Positions 60,274 through 64,000 of a stretch of 64,000 nucleotides of DNA are shown piece by piece. Made by a program: the position numbers and the translations under genes. The stretch covers positions 744,001 to 808,000 of the forward strand of contig CAJINV010000020.1 in the NCBI GenBank assembly GCA_905178155.1, written 5' to 3'. The DNA is from Amoebophrya sp. A120. Taxonomy: Eukaryota; Protista; Dinoflagellata. The notes below the pieces were generated by a model. The model was not told the DNA's origin. It made no database searches and saw only the letters and a list, made by a program, of their open reading frames with translations. Position 1 is the stretch's first letter, and the number at the start of each line of letters is the position of its first letter.

Positions 60274-63200
60274 ATGATGCCGCCTTTCAATCCTAATCAG
60301 CAGAGTCACCAGGCGACGGGCACTATGAAATGCAAAAGCATCGTGCTAGTATAAATTTAAATTGCATGACAAATTCCCTCAGCATGAAAAATAAAATTTG
60401 TAATGCGGATTTAGGTAAGGAGGGAGATTTGTGATGCATGATTGCGATTACTACGAGTGCGATACTTTTGCACAGGATAGGCACGAACAGCTCGGGGTTG
60501 TCCCAGTTCGCGCCCATGAGCAGGCCCATTGCCTTATTGAGAGGAAAAATCCCCCCTCCCCATATTGAAAACGTATCCGTCTGAAAATTTGTGATGCGCA
60601 TTTGTGACCTCAAATCCTGTCTGTCTTGCAAGAAGGCAAGTCCAGAGAGCGCCCCGCACTTTCCAGGCGGTTCGTGATGCTGTTGGGCTTAGAGCATACA
60701 CATTTGCCATGCTAGGCGCCTACGTCAAAACCTCTCGACTGAGGCTTGGCATATGCCTGCAGTCCTCTCCAGCAAGACAAATCTGATTTTTGTACGGAAA
60801 TCCAGCATCAGAAACTTCGTTTCGATATGGGGAGGGGGGATTTTTCCTTTTAATATCCCTCCGGAGGACCCTCGCCACCCTTTTTGCCTTCTGATGACAT
60901 ACCCCCGCTGCACCAACAGAACATGCCGGGCGTTGTCTCTGGGTTTGGTCTACCATCAGCTGCACCACCAGGTACTAGAAGTTGTACAGGCGTTTATTTC
61001 TTTAATTATCAGTACGACTCCGAAAACAAATATGCACTCGCCCCTTCGTTCACGTTCTACAACGACATCTAAGTCTAATGCGAGAAAAAGAAAAATAGAG
61101 GTTGCAGCTTCGTTTTGTTCCAGATGCTGATCATGCTTGCCAGGCACTATAATCGTCTCGATTGTAGTGTTACGACTGCGACAAAAATCTGATCAATCGC
61201 TGTGATATTTTTTTTACAGGTTTTAACCCCACCAGTGTTTGCGGCGCGGCTCCTCCTGCGGCTGCAACGCCCGCTGCCCATGGGGCGGGACGGCAGCGCG
61301 GTACAGTGGCTGTGAACATCATGAATAAGGACAAACCCAAACGAACTCCTATGGAAGGATTTATGACAACCACCAAGTGGGGCGACGTTCCGTTTGCCGG
61401 CGATGTGGCAGACGCAGAGAGTGATGTTGAACAAGCGCTGAATAACATCAACGGCTTCGGACCGCAGCGAAGTGAGAGCAATAACTTCGAGCCCGAACAA
61501 CAGCAAATGAACGAGAACGCAAAAATTGGAGATCATCATCATCAGGGCTTGTGTGGTGCATTACCCGCTGGCACGACGCCGACCGCGCAGCAAGCTCGGG
61601 CACGATACCAAAGCGGGCAGCAAGAGCAGCAGTCCATCTTTCAGGAACAAGAAAATTTGAGCATGAACTTGAAACTGCAGCAGCAACAGCAGCAAATGAT
61701 GCAACGGCAACAGGAACAACTGGACCGACAGCGGCAACCGCAGGAGCCGCATTTTCAGCAGCAGAAGGCGCATCGGTTCAATGCGCAGCAGCAACAGAGG
61801 TTCCAATTTGACGACGATCAGCATTACGAGGACGGTGTCGCACCGGAACAGCTCATCTTCCAAATGCAGCAGCAGATGATGAAAAAGGACAAGGTTAAGC
61901 AGGAACTACGCGCTGAGGAGGAGGAGAACAATGGTCGGGGGCGGGGCCAAGGCCAGAAGCTGGAGAACAACATGACAAACATCAAGAACACCCTGAACCA
62001 AAACGAAAACCAGTTCGATCAATTCCGATCCTCGCAAATGAACCAAAATTTCAACAACTTCAACCACAATGGCAATTTCCACAAAAATTTCCGAATGTCC
62101 ACCACCTCCTCCGATGCCGCGGAGCAGGTGCACCTGTTGCAACAGAAGCCGAACCAAAACCTTGACCCGCACAGCCCCCCGTTCGTCGCACACCAGCAGT
62201 CTTTGCCCATGCGGCAATCGCAGCCGTTCCGCCCGCCCCAAGGCCTGCCCCGTGCGGCTGGTCCGCGGGAAAGTTTCGGCGTGCCGTGCGAACATAGTGG
62301 ACCGAGCCTGGGCAGCGGTCATGTGGGGGGACCCGGCAAGCAGGGCGGGGTGAATCAATCGCCGGCTAATGCGGATTTGATGAGTCCGCAGTTGGAACTC
62401 GGTATGCGTATGCAGCAGGAGCAGCAGCAGCAGCAAGGTAAAGGCTTCCTCAATGGAGGTGGAGGACCTGTTACTAAGTGGAACTTTCTAGGAATGAGGA
62501 AATTTTGAAAAAATTGCCCCCCCTTCGAATTCTCTTCCGAAAGCAGCAGCTCTTCGTAGCTGTGTTTGGCTGGCGTGGCGCGCCAGCATTTGTTTGCTGT
62601 ATTCGAAAATGGAAGCGGGAAGCGACTGTGTCAGAGTTCGGACGCATTGCCGCGCAGTGAAATCACCAAAGCAGGCAGGCGGCTTTTCGGGTGCCACTCA
62701 CCTCGATCGCCAACTAGCCATCGCCGGAGGCTCAGCACACACCTACAAAGCCGCGCTTCATCTGAATAACGGCCGCGATCTCTACATGTGCATCGCAGTG
62801 AGAGCACCGCGCTAAGGTGGCAGGTCTTTGAGGTCTCTGGGCCTACTCTACCGAACAGCAGCTCGCCGGCAATCGCCTAGTGGGGCTTCCAACCCAAGGC
62901 GGCAGCCCTGGAAGGGGCCAATGGGGTCGGGCGCGTGGCCTGGCCGGCTCGAGGAGTTGCAGAAACATTTGAAAAGAATGGCGGAGGACTACCGCGGCGC
63001 CCTCAAGTGCCTCGGCCGGGTTTTGGCGGGGTGCCCCAACAAAGGTCGCGCCCGAGGGCTCAGCCCCGCTCTGCTTTTCTTGGTGTTTCTTGTATGCTTC
63101 AAATAGAGATCTGCGCTTTCCGCTCGTGATTCAATTTCCGAGGAAAATGGCGAAGGGGGGGGTCGCGGGGGGGCCGGAGGGGGCCTCGAGAGGGCCCCCA

Positions 63201-64000
63201 CTGAAGGGGGCAAAAATCGCCCCCGTGCCGTCGTGATTCAATTTCCGAGGAAAATGGCGAAGAGGGGGGGGGAAGGCAAGGGGGAGGGGCCGGGGGGCCC
63301 TGAGTTTTCCTCGGAAATTGAATCGCGACGGTATGGCACCGCTTTTTGCCTTGTTTCGAGGCGAATCTGGGAATTGGCCTGCTTTGCCGGCCTTCCCGGG
63401 CTCCCTTTTTTGGGTAGCGAGCGCGGCAACAAAACACGCCCAAAGCGAGGCCAAAACCATCACCATAGCACCGCGATTCAATTTCCGAGGAAAATTTCGA
63501 GTCCGGTGCGAAATGCCCTCAAGTTGGGAGCGGTAGGACCAAAGCCGCGGCAGGTTGGTTCACGGTGGGAAGCTGTCGACGGCGTGGGATATTTAGCGCG
63601 GTTCGGTAAGGGGGTATACCTGCCCCGGTTTAGCCGTTTTATTTGTAGCGCATGGCGTCCATGAGTAGGAAGGCCCATGGCGCTTGAGGTTTTGGCTCAA
63701 TGGCTTTGAGAATGATGCGGGTGTGTGGAGGCGCCACCATTCGGAGAGCAAGGCGCTGTCTTTTAGGTGCAGCCGCGATAAAGCCCATTATATGTGAGCC
63801 ACGGATGGCTCTCCAGGCTCGGCGACCACAGTTGTCCACGGGGCTCTGCGAGCTCGTCTCGCGCAGCGGTATTCGCAAATGGGCCGGCACAGGGCCGCGA
63901 CCTGATATCTCCACCTGCCTACTTTCACCTGGGGACTGAATTTTTTCGAATTTTCCTCATTCCTAGAAACTTCCACTTAGTACCTGTGAACAACCAGAAT
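60274..64000 (+). CDS. Q/N/P/G-rich low-complexity (prion-like) protein running off the 3' end of the window
   Basis: MMPPFNPNQQ start; two TIR introns, GT-AG intron 60972-61219, ORF 61306, then the 1.5-kb TIR element; resumes GPV|NNQN at 63988. Confidence 0.75.
60324..60479. mobile_element. TIR introner family D, 156 bp, TSD GGCAC; usable as GC-AG intron 60320-60480
   Basis: TATGAAATGCAAAAGCATCG...CGATACTTTTGCACAGGATA; inverted homolog of 29344-29508. Confidence 0.9.
60535..60855. mobile_element. TIR introner, 321 bp, TSD TGCCT/TCCCT
   Basis: TATTGAGAGGAAAAATCCCCCCTCCCCATATTGAAA...TTTCGATATGGGGAGGGGGGATTTTTCCTTTTAATA. Removing 326 nt links to ORF 60884. Confidence 0.92.
62472..63982. mobile_element. 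Large TIR element family L, 1511 bp, TSD CCTGT
   Basis: TACTAAGTGGAACTTTCTAGGAATGAGGAAA...TTTCCTCATTCCTAGAAACTTCCACTTAGTA; CCTGT at 62467-71 and 63983-87; ends homologous to 41154-42577. Confidence 0.95.

Noticed and set aside
63690-63700. TTTTGGCTCAA resembling the 3' end of the dinoflagellate spliced leader
   Set aside because: Only 11 nt, inside a TIR element and not upstream of a gene; likely chance.
7018-63987. Rule that every TSD contains a G for a G|G splice
   Set aside because: Holds for most, but CAACA (13018) and ATTCC (41149) lack G, and most 5-mers in GC-rich exons contain G by chance.

Overview
Gene-dense eukaryotic nuclear DNA with about 11 intron-containing genes, all on the + strand. 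The organisation resembles the parasitic dinoflagellate Amoebophrya (Syndiniales); this is inference, not proof. The dominant signal is 24 insertions of 109-1714 bp from many sequence families. Nearly all end TAY...RTA and carry terminal inverted repeats (TIRs); 21 have a recognisable 5-bp target-site duplication (TSD). 23 sit inside coding sequence, and removing the element plus 5 bp rejoins the flanking ORFs in frame every time, yet only 4 offer GT/GC-AG boundaries, so they look like transposon-derived non-canonical introns (introners). Extra structure: a shared subterminal TTTGTVATGC motif across unrelated families, four element pairs inserted 45-52 nt apart, kb-sized members, and a separate array of three identical 36-bp exon-derived repeats enclosing two ~1-kb asymmetric-IR inserts. 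Host genes include a >4,100-aa TSR-like membrane adhesin, a 6x CCHC protein, a coiled-coil protein, ornithine aminotransferase, an Alba fusion, a SET protein and a Cid1/TUT-family nucleotidyltransferase with two NTase motifs. Splice sites are inferred by hand without transcript data.
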